Shown in pieces: positions 47,593 to 56,566 of a DNA stretch of 64,000 nt. The notes under the pieces were generated by a model that saw only the letters and a program-made list of their open reading frames with translations, ran no database searches and was not told where the DNA came from. The stretch lies in the sequence record NC_054903.1; one strand, given 5' to 3'. Every line of letters starts with the position of its first letter. Position 1 is the stretch's first letter. Source of the stretch: Enterobacteria phage GiZh. A program made the position numbers and the translations under genes.

Positions 47593-47770
47593 CTAAACGA
47601 ATAGGTTCATGAATGCCATATCCTTGAACAGAAATTTCTGTCGTAGGATAAATTCCATCAATATCACCCATATTCCAGGCTTCATTAAATTGCTGTTCGC
47701 CTGAATTACTAAACCACTCGGCGAAAGCATTTAGCACATCTTTAGAACCTTCAATAATTATCTTTGCCAT
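47549..47770 (-). CDS. hypothetical protein
   Basis: 73-aa ORF. Confidence 0.45.
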   Translation of the reverse strand: MAKIIIEGSKDVLNAFAEWFSNSGEQQFNEAWNMGDIDGIYPTTEISVQGYGIHEPIRLVEYDLCTGEEVKYD

Positions 47771-48132
47771 TACAAACTCTCGGTGAAGGTACGAGCGATA
47801 ACGTCGCGCTGCTGTTCCGGAGTCAGAGAATTAAAGCGAACTGCATAACCTGATACACGGATGGTCAGCTGCGGATATTTTTCCGGATGCTTAACTGCAT
47901 CTTCCAGAGTTTCACGACGCAGAACGTTAACGTTCAGGTGTTGACCACCTTCAATTTTAACTGTAGGCTGTGGTTCAATTTCAATTTCACGGGCATGCAA
48001 ACCGTAGAAAATTTCTGGGTCTACAAAAGAGTCCTCTTTAAAGGTTTTAGAGACAATAATTCGTGCTTGAATACCATCTTCAAAATAAATAGTACCTTTA
48101 TGTGTGCCTTCAAGAATTTGATATGCTTTCAT
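47770..48132 (-). CDS. autonomous glycyl radical cofactor (GrcA/YfiD-like)
   Basis: 120 aa; C-terminal glycyl radical motif [25 protein letters not shown]. Confidence 0.75.
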   Translation of the reverse strand: MKAYQILEGTHKGTIYFEDGIQARIIVSKTFKEDSFVDPEIFYGLHAREIEIEPQPTVKIEGGQHLNVNVLRRETLEDAVKHPEKYPQLTIRVSGYAVRFNSLTPEQQRDVIARTFTESL

Positions 48133-48138
48133 ATAACC

Positions 48139-48519
48139 TCAATTAGAAAATAAATTTATCCAAGATTGTTCTTTAATTAAAAATGGCTCAGAATCATATG
48201 CCATTAAACTTTGGGTAATTAGTCCTTTAAAAGGCCCATCAATAAATTCCATGGTAAAATATGGAATTTTATTCATTAATCTTGCATTAGGAGCAGTGCA
48301 CAAAACTCTGCATCCTTTGAATACGCCTTTTTGTAATTTGTATTGCTTGGGATAAAATTCGCTTAAAATGTTATTATTTGCCAAAATTTCAAAATGATTT
48401 ACCAATTTATTTTTAATAGTTTTTGGCGAAAAATAGAGATATTCGAAAAGCTGTGTGTCTGTCATCATTGCATTCCGATTACGAAAAACTGTGGACGAGT
48501 AATACCACCAATGCAACAT
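48139..48519 (-). CDS. hypothetical protein
   Basis: 126-aa ORF; overlaps upstream ORF by 55 nt. Confidence 0.4.
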   Translation of the reverse strand: MLHWWYYSSTVFRNRNAMMTDTQLFEYLYFSPKTIKNKLVNHFEILANNNILSEFYPKQYKLQKGVFKGCRVLCTAPNARLMNKIPYFTMEFIDGPFKGLITQSLMAYDSEPFLIKEQSWINLFSN

Positions 48520-49052
48520 TTACTATTACAGCAGTAGTGTACAGTGTCAATATGGACGCTATAAATCTTATCCATATCAGGAGATTTGACAGGCTCATCA
48601 ATTATATACAAAATTCGCGAAAGCGATAAACCTCTGAACTTGCTTCCTTTATTACCGATAAAACTACGGACAGAATCGGTAAATAAACGGAATCGAATAT
48701 CATCGCTAGAATAACGAGAAAATTCTTTTTTAATGTGGCCTGCAGAAATTTTAGCGTAAGCTGAAGTATTAGAAAGAACAATAACTGTTCCACCATCATA
48801 CAGCCAATTAGCGGCAAAGTTAGTTACTGCAGTTGATTTACCGGATTGACGTCCACCATCTATACGAAGTGTGCAGTACTGTTTAAGTAATTCTTCAAAT
48901 GGTGGGATATAATCGTTTTTACAAATTTCTTCTACTCTAGCATCAGAATGGTGTGTAAAAGCATTCATCAGGGATAGATAAGGACCAGTTAAAAATGTTC
49001 TCATTTTATTCTCTCTAAATTTGGGCCATTCCGTGGCGCATGAATTGTCCAT
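48465..49052 (-). CDS. P-loop NTPase
   Basis: 195 aa; Walker A GGRQSGKST, Walker B-like LYIIDEP; start may be internal Met. Confidence 0.5.
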   Translation of the reverse strand: MDNSCATEWPKFRENKMRTFLTGPYLSLMNAFTHHSDARVEEICKNDYIPPFEELLKQYCTLRIDGGRQSGKSTAVTNFAANWLYDGGTVIVLSNTSAYAKISAGHIKKEFSRYSSDDIRFRLFTDSVRSFIGNKGSKFRGLSLSRILYIIDEPVKSPDMDKIYSVHIDTVHYCCNSKCCIGGITRPQFFVIGMQ

Positions 49053-49145
49053 TTCTGTATTTACCCATTACCGCACTCAGGCTCGACCTTATCACAGGTT
49101 GGCGGGAATCCCTCACAGAATCATGAGGTCCAGCTTGTTCCCATA

Positions 49146-49619
49146 TTATTTGAACGATTTAACGTACTGAATAGAACCTTTACTATTCACAAAGGCAATT
49201 TTACCATTTTTATTATACATGGTAGCAGTACGTTGATAACCATAAGTTTGTTTACCAGATTGATAACCAACTAATGCGAAATTATCTTCGCCCATTTTAT
49301 TCTGTTTAGCGCGAATGCGTTCATGACCATGTGCCATAAGAACCTTAGCATCACCAGTTGCAATGGATCGACGAGTTTTTTCATCTTCAACTGTATTAAC
49401 AAAGTCGTCAAATGAATCAAATTTAGCATGAGATTTATTATACAATTTTCCATCTACTGCATAATTATATCCCTGTACATCCATCTCAACTTCTGTACCA
49501 TCATCCAATACAGCAGTGATTTTTTGACCTTTTTTAAATTTCAAAAGATCAGTAAAAGATTCAGCAATAATTTGAGAATTAATAGCTGCTTCAGTGATAA
49601 ATTCTTGATATGTTTTCAT
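49146..49619 (-). CDS. internal protein candidate (capsid-targeting-like N-terminus)
   Basis: 157 aa; N-terminus MKTYQEFITEA matches the recalled CTS of T4 internal proteins. Confidence 0.6.
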   Translation of the reverse strand: MKTYQEFITEAAINSQIIAESFTDLLKFKKGQKITAVLDDGTEVEMDVQGYNYAVDGKLYNKSHAKFDSFDDFVNTVEDEKTRRSIATGDAKVLMAHGHERIRAKQNKMGEDNFALVGYQSGKQTYGYQRTATMYNKNGKIAFVNSKGSIQYVKSFK

Positions 49620-49628
49620 ATGTTTCCT

Positions 49629-50045
49629 TTAAATGTAAATATTTTTACCGTAATACTTATACCAATGTGGTTTCATTAAAATTTTTTCATCAAGTCGTTG
49701 TTGACTCAATTTAATAGCTGATTTGCATGGATTATAATCATTTTTCCATTCTACTGGAATATCGCTGATGTCAGGAACTTCAGTATCTTTTATACTGAAC
49801 CCGCGTTTTAAGCATTCCGTTATAATGTCTAATTGACTCTTTCGCAAAAATTCTAACTTATCGTAAAAGAACGTAACATGACCAGAACCTAAAATAAACT
49901 CGGAAGATATTTTAAAATCTTTAACGCGCTTACCGTTTGCCACATGCTTACGAACTATACCAAAAACACGCGGCAATTCACGGTATTCTGCGATTAAATG
50001 TTGATCAGCAAGTTCAGATACTAAAGTCAAATTAATACGAGTCAT
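49629..50045 (-). CDS. denV: endonuclease V (pyrimidine dimer glycosylase) DenV
   Basis: 138 aa; [29 protein letters not shown]... matches recalled T4 endo V. Confidence 0.95.
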   Translation of the reverse strand: MTRINLTLVSELADQHLIAEYRELPRVFGIVRKHVANGKRVKDFKISSEFILGSGHVTFFYDKLEFLRKSQLDIITECLKRGFSIKDTEVPDISDIPVEWKNDYNPCKSAIKLSQQRLDEKILMKPHWYKYYGKNIYI

Positions 50046-50070
50046 TTTATCCCTCCAATTAACTGTGAAT

Positions 50071-50101
50071 ATACTATCACAATTCTAGGAGAAAGTAAAC
50101 A
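50071..50101 (-). promoter_or_regulatory. T4-type early promoter upstream of denV
   Basis: minus strand GTTTACT, 17 nt, TAGTAT. Confidence 0.5.
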
Positions 50102-50104
50102 ACT

Positions 50105-50635
<531 letters not shown>

Positions 50636-51091
50636 TTAAAAGAGGCTGTTCATTATTCGGTAAAGTGAAGGACCCATCACATATTGCCACTGAGTACGAG
50701 GAATAAGAGCAAAAGCATCCATCTCTGGAATCATAACACCATCTTTATTTTCAAAATAAGACTCGCAATGGCAATTTCTAAACATCTCATGCTCTACTGG
50801 AATCGTATAATAAAACAGCTGTAAGTCTTTATTACTAGAATATTTAAATACACCTAGGTCTTCTAGAAGGTCTGGATTATAATTGCTAAAACCGGTCTCT
50901 TCTAAGCATTCTCTTCGTGCTGCATCTAGTGCGCTCAAATCAGAATTTTCTACACGGCCTTTTGGAATATCCCAACGATGTGCCATCATTCCAGGCTTAC
51001 GAGAACCAGTAACCCGTCCCATGAATAAATCTTTATCTTCTGTCATAAAGATAATACCAGCTGATAATGTTTTCATTTTAATTTCCTGCAT
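50636..51091 (-). CDS. nudE: Nudix hydrolase NudE
   Basis: 151 aa; Nudix box GRVENSDLSALDAARRECLEETG. Confidence 0.85.
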   Translation of the reverse strand: MQEIKMKTLSAGIIFMTEDKDLFMGRVTGSRKPGMMAHRWDIPKGRVENSDLSALDAARRECLEETGFSNYNPDLLEDLGVFKYSSNKDLQLFYYTIPVEHEMFRNCHCESYFENKDGVMIPEMDAFALIPRTQWQYVMGPSLYRIMNSLF

Positions 51092-51561
51092 TCGGTGATA
51101 AAATTATTTAAATTTTGAGTGTATTTCTTTTCATCAAAAATCTTTTGCTGCCTACGTAAACGCCATGGCATTTCAATGAACACGCACCATATTCCTGATA
51201 GTACTGCTGCTGTAAAAATATTAACAAGTATAATTAAAAGAATCCAATCTTCCGTTCTGCCTACTGGACTTTCTCCAAAGAAGCAAAATACAAATGATGT
51301 CACAGGAAAACTAATAATATACCACAGAATAACCTTCTTATCTGTGAACCAATCAGCGTTCGTTAACTTAGCACGACCATTTTGAATACACACGAATTTA
51401 TCATCTGTTACAGTAGATGGCTTAACTGCTTGATATCCCATTCTAAACTCCCTAATTAATCGTTTCTTTGTATCTTCAGAACAGCCGCTCCAGTCAACTC
51501 TATCGACTGAAATGCCATCGTCCCCATCATCTAAATCATACCAGCGAGTTTTTAAAATCAT
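51073..51561 (-). CDS. membrane protein
   Basis: 162 aa, several hydrophobic helices. Confidence 0.5.
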   Translation of the reverse strand: MILKTRWYDLDDGDDGISVDRVDWSGCSEDTKKRLIREFRMGYQAVKPSTVTDDKFVCIQNGRAKLTNADWFTDKKVILWYIISFPVTSFVFCFFGESPVGRTEDWILLIILVNIFTAAVLSGIWCVFIEMPWRLRRQQKIFDEKKYTQNLNNFITECRKLK

Positions 51562-51932
51562 TTGATTTTCCTACAATCATTCACGAATTCTTTCATTGAT
51601 TCATTTTCAATATAAGACATGTAGTTATTATATTCTTTTAATTGTATTTTGTAATCCTTTTTTCTTTGCCAATTTATTTTAAAATTATCATAATGAAAAT
51701 ATAAAATAATACCAAAGAATGAAAATAATGAAATCGCTATAGTATAATGAAGTTCACTCCAAACTTCTATTATATCTACTATACCGCTGACATTACTGCG
51801 GATGTTTAAAATAATACAGTCAATCATTAATCCAATAAGACTACCAGCAAGAGCTGCAGCCAACGCCACAGCAAAAATTAAAAATGACTCAGAAAAAGAA
51901 TATTTGTCTTTATTTAGTTTTGGCTTTTGCAT
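51558..51932 (-). CDS. membrane protein
   Basis: 124 aa, hydrophobic helices. Confidence 0.5.
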   Translation of the reverse strand: MQKPKLNKDKYSFSESFLIFAVALAAALAGSLIGLMIDCIILNIRSNVSGIVDIIEVWSELHYTIAISLFSFFGIILYFHYDNFKINWQRKKDYKIQLKEYNNYMSYIENESMKEFVNDCRKIK

Positions 51933-52306
51933 CGTGATTCCTTAACAAATTTCATAATTTCGTTAAATTCATGCATATCTAATTTAAGCTGGTGTTCCTT
52001 TTTAATCTTTTTACACTGAGCTTTCCATTCACGTACACGTTTACGATAATGCCTTCCTTGATACCAATATCCTACCCAATTTACAGGTACCAATAAAAAT
52101 GGAACTACTAATGGAAGAATTAGTGTTGCTCCAAATATTGCACCAGATTCAATATCAGTCATAACGTCTATAACTATTCCAGCAATCAACAGAATCACAA
52201 ATGATACGGCTACCACAGGACCTATTAACACATCAGTAGAAATTATCTGACGCTTTAATTCATACTTTAAGGGTTTACTTGGAAGATACATTGATGGCTT
52301 TGACAT
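51914..52306 (-). CDS. membrane protein
   Basis: 130 aa, two TM helices. Confidence 0.5.
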   Translation of the reverse strand: MSKPSMYLPSKPLKYELKRQIISTDVLIGPVVAVSFVILLIAGIVIDVMTDIESGAIFGATLILPLVVPFLLVPVNWVGYWYQGRHYRKRVREWKAQCKKIKKEHQLKLDMHEFNEIMKFVKESRCKSQN

Positions 52307-52880
52307 ATTCTCTGCATTCCTTCACAAATTTTTCTAATAATAAATCGCTTTCAAAATTGGGATTTTCTACGAATTTATCAAAAAGATTATCGACAATAGT
52401 TAAGATATTCTTTTTACTAAGAATACGTTTATTTTCATGCTTCGTTTCAGAATCAACTATAAGAGTAAAGAAATATTTCTTGCCCTGAAATTTTACAGTA
52501 GTATCAATATAGAATAAATTTGACTTTTGTAAATTACGTTTAAACCATGCATCACTTAAACTATAAACGCCAAGATAATCATAATCGTCGTTTAAATAAC
52601 AGACCGTCCATTCAGGAGAAACAAAATCAGTAAATTCAACGTCAAAATCGCATGTTAATAAATGAATTGATTCAATACTGTTAATAAGTATTCCAGGACG
52701 TATTAAAGACTTTTTACCTTTATAAAATCCAGAAAGACTTTCATCAGTTTCATATGAAGAACCCCAATAATAATTACGTCCTTCTGCCATACGTTTAAGA
52801 GCATTTAATAATTGGTCTGGAACATCAACCTGTCTTTGGAACTCTTCAAACATTGAATTGAAATCACTTTGCATTTTCAT
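52275..52880 (-). CDS. hypothetical protein
   Basis: 201-aa ORF. Confidence 0.5.
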   Translation of the reverse strand: MKMQSDFNSMFEEFQRQVDVPDQLLNALKRMAEGRNYYWGSSYETDESLSGFYKGKKSLIRPGILINSIESIHLLTCDFDVEFTDFVSPEWTVCYLNDDYDYLGVYSLSDAWFKRNLQKSNLFYIDTTVKFQGKKYFFTLIVDSETKHENKRILSKKNILTIVDNLFDKFVENPNFESDLLLEKFVKECREYVKAINVSSK

Positions 52881-52900
52881 TCCTACTTACTCCAAGTAAT

Positions 52901-52916
52901 AGGGGCCGAAGCCCCT
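52901..52916 (-). terminator. UUCG-tetraloop terminator
   Basis: minus strand AGGGGC-UUCG-GCCCCU then U-rich. Confidence 0.55.
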
Positions 52917-52921
52917 TATCA

Positions 52922-53515
52922 TTATTTCAGAGAATTAATGTATTCCTGAACATCGGCAGAGGTAGTTTCAACCCCAGAAATATTGCCATTAAAGGTTTCA
53001 ACTCGAGCAAGAGTATCTTCAATATCAACCTTAGTCAGTGCTGCAATTTCAACTACATCATCAGCAGTACTAATTCCGAGGGCATTCGCGGCGCGAGTTT
53101 CACGGATATATTCCAATTTAACTGCAAGTTCTTGGCGAGCATCATCTAACTCAACTACTTTCTTGGCAATTTCAATTCGCATTTCAGCATAACCATCAGC
53201 TTTAGTAGTCAACTGCTCAGCTGTTCGACGATATAGTAAACCGAGTTTAGCATGCATTGTTACATCTTGACCTTCAGAAAGAAGCTTGCGAATTTCACGC
53301 TCTTTTGATTCGGCCTGCTTATTCTTTTCGACAATAAGTTCACGAATACGCTTTTCTTCATTAATAGATTTAACAGAAGCAGTTTTTAGATCTTTAATCT
53401 TATCAAGTAGTTTTGCTGCCGCAGCAGTATACTGTTCTTCAACAGATAGATTTTTAGCCATAGCAGAACCAAGTTTAGTGCGAATAAACTCAACAATTTT
53501 CTTCAGCATGTTCAT
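52922..53515 (-). CDS. coiled-coil protein (PspA/IM30-like architecture)
   Basis: 197 aa, long heptad-rich helices; first gene after early promoter at 53560-53590. Confidence 0.45.
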   Translation of the reverse strand: MNMLKKIVEFIRTKLGSAMAKNLSVEEQYTAAAAKLLDKIKDLKTASVKSINEEKRIRELIVEKNKQAESKEREIRKLLSEGQDVTMHAKLGLLYRRTAEQLTTKADGYAEMRIEIAKKVVELDDARQELAVKLEYIRETRAANALGISTADDVVEIAALTKVDIEDTLARVETFNGNISGVETTSADVQEYINSLK

Positions 53516-53559
53516 AGCATTTCCTTTAGTTAATTAAGGGTTTTATAATCCGTGGGAGT

Positions 53560-53590
53560 ATTATACTCTACTCCCAAGAGTTTGTAAACT
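53560..53590 (-). promoter_or_regulatory. T4-type early promoter
   Basis: minus strand GTTTACA, 17 nt, TATAAT. Confidence 0.5.
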
Positions 53591-53919
53591 TATTCTTCGT
53601 CCAATTCATCAATAAATTTATCGATACTACTATTAATAGACTCATCGATGATTAACAAAGCATCATCTATAATATTAATATTTTCTAAAGCATCAATATA
53701 AGCTTGATTGACTATAGACCATGCCCTTTGAAAATATGGGGCTTCATCATCAGGACTGAACCAACGTACACCTTCAAAGATACGTTTAGCATAATCCAAC
53801 ACCCATTGTACAGGCATGTTTTGAGAGCGTTCATTAAACTCTTCAAAGTCCTTAGATTCAAAAAGCTCTTCAGGATAATAATTTCTATTACAAAAAGCTT
53901 TACTAAAGTTACGTTTCAT
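53590..53919 (-). CDS. hypothetical protein
   Basis: 109-aa acidic ORF. Confidence 0.45.
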   Translation of the reverse strand: MKRNFSKAFCNRNYYPEELFESKDFEEFNERSQNMPVQWVLDYAKRIFEGVRWFSPDDEAPYFQRAWSIVNQAYIDALENINIIDDALLIIDESINSSIDKFIDELDEE

Positions 53920-53975
53920 AATGTTCTCCTCAAAGTTATAGGCTCATAATATCTCAATCATGAGCCTGTGTAAAC

Positions 53976-54239
53976 TTATTTCATATTATTGAAATATTCT
54001 TCAGCAATTTCATCATTATCATGATAAACTTTAGAAGACAGTTTAACATAACTTTCAGCAGTGAACATGTTAATCACAACCTTTACAGTATACCACTGAC
54101 CATCTTCATTACCCATTACTGCGTAAGTTTCAAACAACGGATGATCAGGACCGATAACTTTAATATCATTCACTGTACGACCGAAATCTTCTGAAACACA
54201 TTTCATAAAGAAGTTGAACAGCTCACCGTAATTATCCAT
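53976..54239 (-). CDS. hypothetical protein
   Basis: ATG 54239-54237 with GGAGAA RBS (MDNYGELFNFF...); track start 54302 lies upstream of the promoter -10. Confidence 0.5.
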   Translation of the reverse strand: MDNYGELFNFFMKCVSEDFGRTVNDIKVIGPDHPLFETYAVMGNEDGQWYTVKVVINMFTAESYVKLSSKVYHDNDEIAEEYFNNMK

Positions 54240-54282
54240 TTCATTCTCCAAGTTATTTTCTGTATCAGTAGTTGATAGTTGT

Positions 54283-54313
54283 ATAGTACCATGGAAGGAC
54301 AAGGATGTAAACC
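54283..54313 (-). promoter_or_regulatory. T4-type early promoter
   Basis: minus strand GTTTACA, 17 nt, TACTAT; 34-nt block 54261-54294 identical to 11231-11264. Confidence 0.55.
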
Positions 54314-54445
54314 GTTTTGTGAAAAAATTTTTAAAAAGTTTTGGGGAATTCTAGGGCAGGGAGGGGAAATCAAAGGATAGGATAATATATTATAAAGGGT
54401 AGAAACTAAATGATGTCTAGAGAGGCCTGGAAAGGCCTAGATACC

Positions 54446-54475
54446 AAAAAGCCCCAACCTTTCGGCTAGGGCTAA
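54446..54475 (-). terminator. intrinsic terminator downstream of internal-protein gene
   Basis: GC-rich hairpin with GAAA loop and UUUUU on minus strand; near-duplicate of 55001-55027. Confidence 0.6.
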
Positions 54476-54480
54476 GAATG

Positions 54481-54954
54481 TTATTTGATTTGTTTAGCAG
54501 ACCAAATGCGGTCTTTAATAATTTTTTGGATGTCTTCAACATATTCAAGAGAGTGAACATGTGGGTTATCTTTGAAACTATAAGCACGAGCTAGCTTTTG
54601 GCCTTCAGTTTTAATTACTAAAAGCTCTTTAAGGATAGCTTCATATTTGGAGATAATTCCTTTAACAATATTTTTCTCTTGTGCGACTTTAGGATCTGCT
54701 TTAGGAGCAGGTTTACCTGAAGCCTTTGCAAAAGCAGCTCCAGTAGCAACTAAACTTTTCCAGGCCATACTAACTGCATTTCCCGTAAATCCTTCCGCTT
54801 TCATATCGCGAGCAAATTGGAATCGTGACTCATCGGAAGCATCTTTATAGGAATATTTACCCGCGGCAATGGCAGCTTTTGCAACAGCTTGAATTTCAGT
54901 GCTAGATGCTTCATTTAACACCGCTTCATTTAAAAATTGAGCATATGATTTCAT
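54481..54954 (-). CDS. internal protein candidate (capsid-targeting-like N-terminus)
   Basis: 157 aa; N-terminus MKSYAQFLNEA; Ala/Lys-rich; own late promoter and terminators on both sides. Confidence 0.55.
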   Translation of the reverse strand: MKSYAQFLNEAVLNEASSTEIQAVAKAAIAAGKYSYKDASDESRFQFARDMKAEGFTGNAVSMAWKSLVATGAAFAKASGKPAPKADPKVAQEKNIVKGIISKYEAILKELLVIKTEGQKLARAYSFKDNPHVHSLEYVEDIQKIIKDRIWSAKQIK

Positions 54955-54990
54955 CTTATTTCCTGTTTTAATTTGTAGATTTAATATACT

Positions 54991-54998
54991 TATTTATA
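54991..54998 (-). promoter_or_regulatory. late promoter (TATAAATA)
   Basis: plus tatttata about 40 nt upstream of ATG at 54954. Confidence 0.5.
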
Positions 54999-55000
54999 CT

Positions 55001-55027
55001 AAAAAGCCCCAACCTTTCGGTCGGGGC
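55001..55027 (-). terminator. intrinsic terminator at the end of the tRNA/stable-RNA transcript
   Basis: GCCCCGACC-gaaa-GGUUGGGGC plus UUUUU on minus strand. Confidence 0.65.
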
Positions 55028-55030
55028 TAA

Positions 55031-55344
55031 GCCTTGCGGCAACCTTGTCGGGGTTCCACCTGCTAAGGCAAGTGTTTGTACGAAACGCCGGGATTCGAAC
55101 CCGGTTATTAAGTAGTTGACGCTACTCAATATTTTTAAAAGGCCATATCTCGACCATATCCGAACGTTCCGTCAAAAACGCTACTCGGCTTACGGCAAAG
55201 ATATTTCCTCGAATCGATAATTCGGTGCGCCGTTTCTGCTGTGATGTAAGGGGGCATTAACCGATCGTAAAGATTTGTTAATGCCAGTCCTTACCCAGGG
55301 AACATCAGTCCGACGACTTACCGGTAGCGACCCGGTTTCTTGTT
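55031..55344 (-). ncRNA. candidate small stable RNA region (T4 rnaC/rnaD-like) with tRNA-like 3' domain
   Basis: no credible ORF on either strand; minus-strand T-arm-like CCGGGTTCGAATCCCGG at 55088-55103 followed by acceptor-like strand; a complete cloverleaf could not be closed. Confidence 0.35.
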
Positions 55345-55420
55345 TGGTCGAGGCAGTAGGGATCGAACCTACGACCTAGGACTTAGAAGGTCCTTGCTCT
55401 TCCTTCTGAGCTATGCCTCG
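55345..55420 (-). tRNA. tRNA-Arg (anticodon UCU)
   Basis: cloverleaf folded by hand: acceptor CGAGGCA/TGCCTCG, anticodon loop CTTCTAA, T-arm GGTTCGATCC, 3' ACCA. Confidence 0.85.
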
Positions 55421-55424
55421 GATT

Positions 55425-55499
55425 TGGCGGACGTGATAGGATTCGAACCTATAACCAATCGCTTAACAGGCGATCGCTCTGCCATTGAGCTACACATCC
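55425..55499 (-). tRNA. tRNA-Asn (anticodon GUU)
   Basis: acceptor GGATGTG/CACGTCC, anticodon loop CTGTTAA, T-arm GGTTCGAATCC, 3' GCCA. Confidence 0.85.
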
Positions 55500-55503
55500 A
55501 AAT

Positions 55504-55590
55504 TGGTGGGGAGTGATGGAGTCGAACCACCCGAGTCGCAATGACAATGGATTTACAGTCCACACCGCTACCTCTACGGGATAACTCCCC
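55504..55590 (-). tRNA. tRNA-Tyr (anticodon GUA)
   Basis: acceptor GGGGAGT/ACTCCCC, anticodon loop CTGTAAA, long variable arm, T-arm GGTTCGACTCC, 3' ACCA. Confidence 0.85.
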
Positions 55591-55602
55591 TAATTCATAA
55601 TT

Positions 55603-55677
55603 TGGTGGCCCTGGGTGGAATTGAACCACCATCTGGCGATTATGAGTCGCTTGCTTGAACCTTCCAGCTACAGGGCC
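55603..55677 (-). tRNA. tRNA with anticodon CAU (Ile2 lysidine-type or Met)
   Basis: acceptor GGCCCTG/CAGGGCC, anticodon loop CTCATAA, T-arm GGTTCAATTCC, 3' ACCA. Confidence 0.8.
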
Positions 55678-55678
55678 T

Positions 55679-55754
55679 TGGTGCTGATTGACGGAATCGA
55701 ACCGCCGACCTTCTCATTACAAGTGAGTTGCTCTACCTACTGAGCTAAATCAGC
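55679..55754 (-). tRNA. tRNA-Thr (anticodon UGU)
   Basis: acceptor GCTGATT/AATCAGC, anticodon loop CTTGTAA, T-arm GGTTCGATTCC, 3' ACCA. Confidence 0.85.
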
Positions 55755-55759
55755 AAAAC

Positions 55760-55849
55760 TGGCGGAGGCGATAGGATTTGAACCTATGAGTCGCCGGAGC
55801 GACTGCCGGTTTTCAAGACCGGTGCATTAAACCACTCTGCCACGCCTCC
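55760..55849 (-). tRNA. tRNA-Ser (anticodon UGA)
   Basis: acceptor GGAGGCG/CGCCTCC, anticodon loop CTTGAAA, long variable arm, T-arm GGTTCAAATCC, 3' GCCA. Confidence 0.85.
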
Positions 55850-55851
55850 AG

Positions 55852-55925
55852 TCTCCATACAAGGATTTGAACCTTGGACCTCCTGATCCCAAATCAGGCG
55901 CTCTACCAAACTGAGCTACACGGAG
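55852..55925 (-). tRNA. tRNA-Pro (anticodon UGG)
   Basis: anticodon loop TTTGGGA, T-arm GGTTCAAATCC; CCA not encoded. Confidence 0.8.
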
Positions 55926-55935
55926 TAAATTAAAT

Positions 55936-56009
<74 letters not shown>

Positions 56010-56013
56010 AAAT

Positions 56014-56101
56014 TTGGTGCGAGAAGTGGGACTCGAACCCACAAGGAAATCATTCCGCAGCATTTTAAGTGCTGTACCTTTACCAATTTGACCATTCTCG
56101 C
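56014..56101 (-). tRNA. tRNA-Leu (anticodon UAA)
   Basis: acceptor GCGAGAA/TTCTCGC, anticodon loop CTTAAAA, long variable arm, T-arm GGTTCGAGTCC, 3' ACCA. Confidence 0.85.
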
Positions 56102-56102
56102 G

Positions 56103-56175
56103 CTGGGAATAAAGGACTCGAACCTTTGCATCCTGGAATCAAAATCCAGTGCCTTACCAACTTGGCTAATTCCCA
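56103..56175 (-). tRNA. tRNA-Gln (anticodon UUG)
   Basis: acceptor TGGGAAT/ATTCCCA, anticodon loop TTTTGAT, T-arm GGTTCGAGTCC; CCA not encoded. Confidence 0.85.
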
Positions 56176-56272
56176 ATTATTAACAAAGGCTCTTAAGCAA
56201 GAACCCTTGATGATAGAGGGTATTAATCAGTGCGATATGAGTTAATAATAACAAATAATTCTTAAAGCATAT

Positions 56273-56566
56273 TTACCATTTATGATAATACATATTTACG
56301 ATGCATTCAAGACCCAAAGGATTCTTGAAAATATCATATTCAAGAGGACCTTTTTCTGTTTCAATAAAGAAATCAAAATTTACTGTATTAAATTTACGGT
56401 CTTCCTTTACTAATTTAACTTGTGAAGATGAACGGTCAATGTAAACCTTTTCAACTTCAAAATATGTTAAAATGCCATAATCATCAATCAAGGCTTTAGC
56501 CGCGTCTTGATCATATTTATATCCATTTTCAATGGACGATACTTTCGCATAAAGAATCATTATCAA
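56273..56566 (-). CDS. hypothetical protein
   Basis: 97-aa ORF just upstream of the tRNA cluster. Confidence 0.45.
   Translation of the reverse strand: MIMILYAKVSSIENGYKYDQDAAKALIDDYGILTYFEVEKVYIDRSSSQVKLVKEDRKFNTVNFDFFIETEKGPLEYDIFKNPLGLECIVNMYYHKW

Noticed and set aside
54240-54302. N-terminal extension of the 53976-54302 ORF
   Set aside because: The extension runs across the -10 of the early promoter; the true start is the ATG at 54239 with a GGAGAA RBS.
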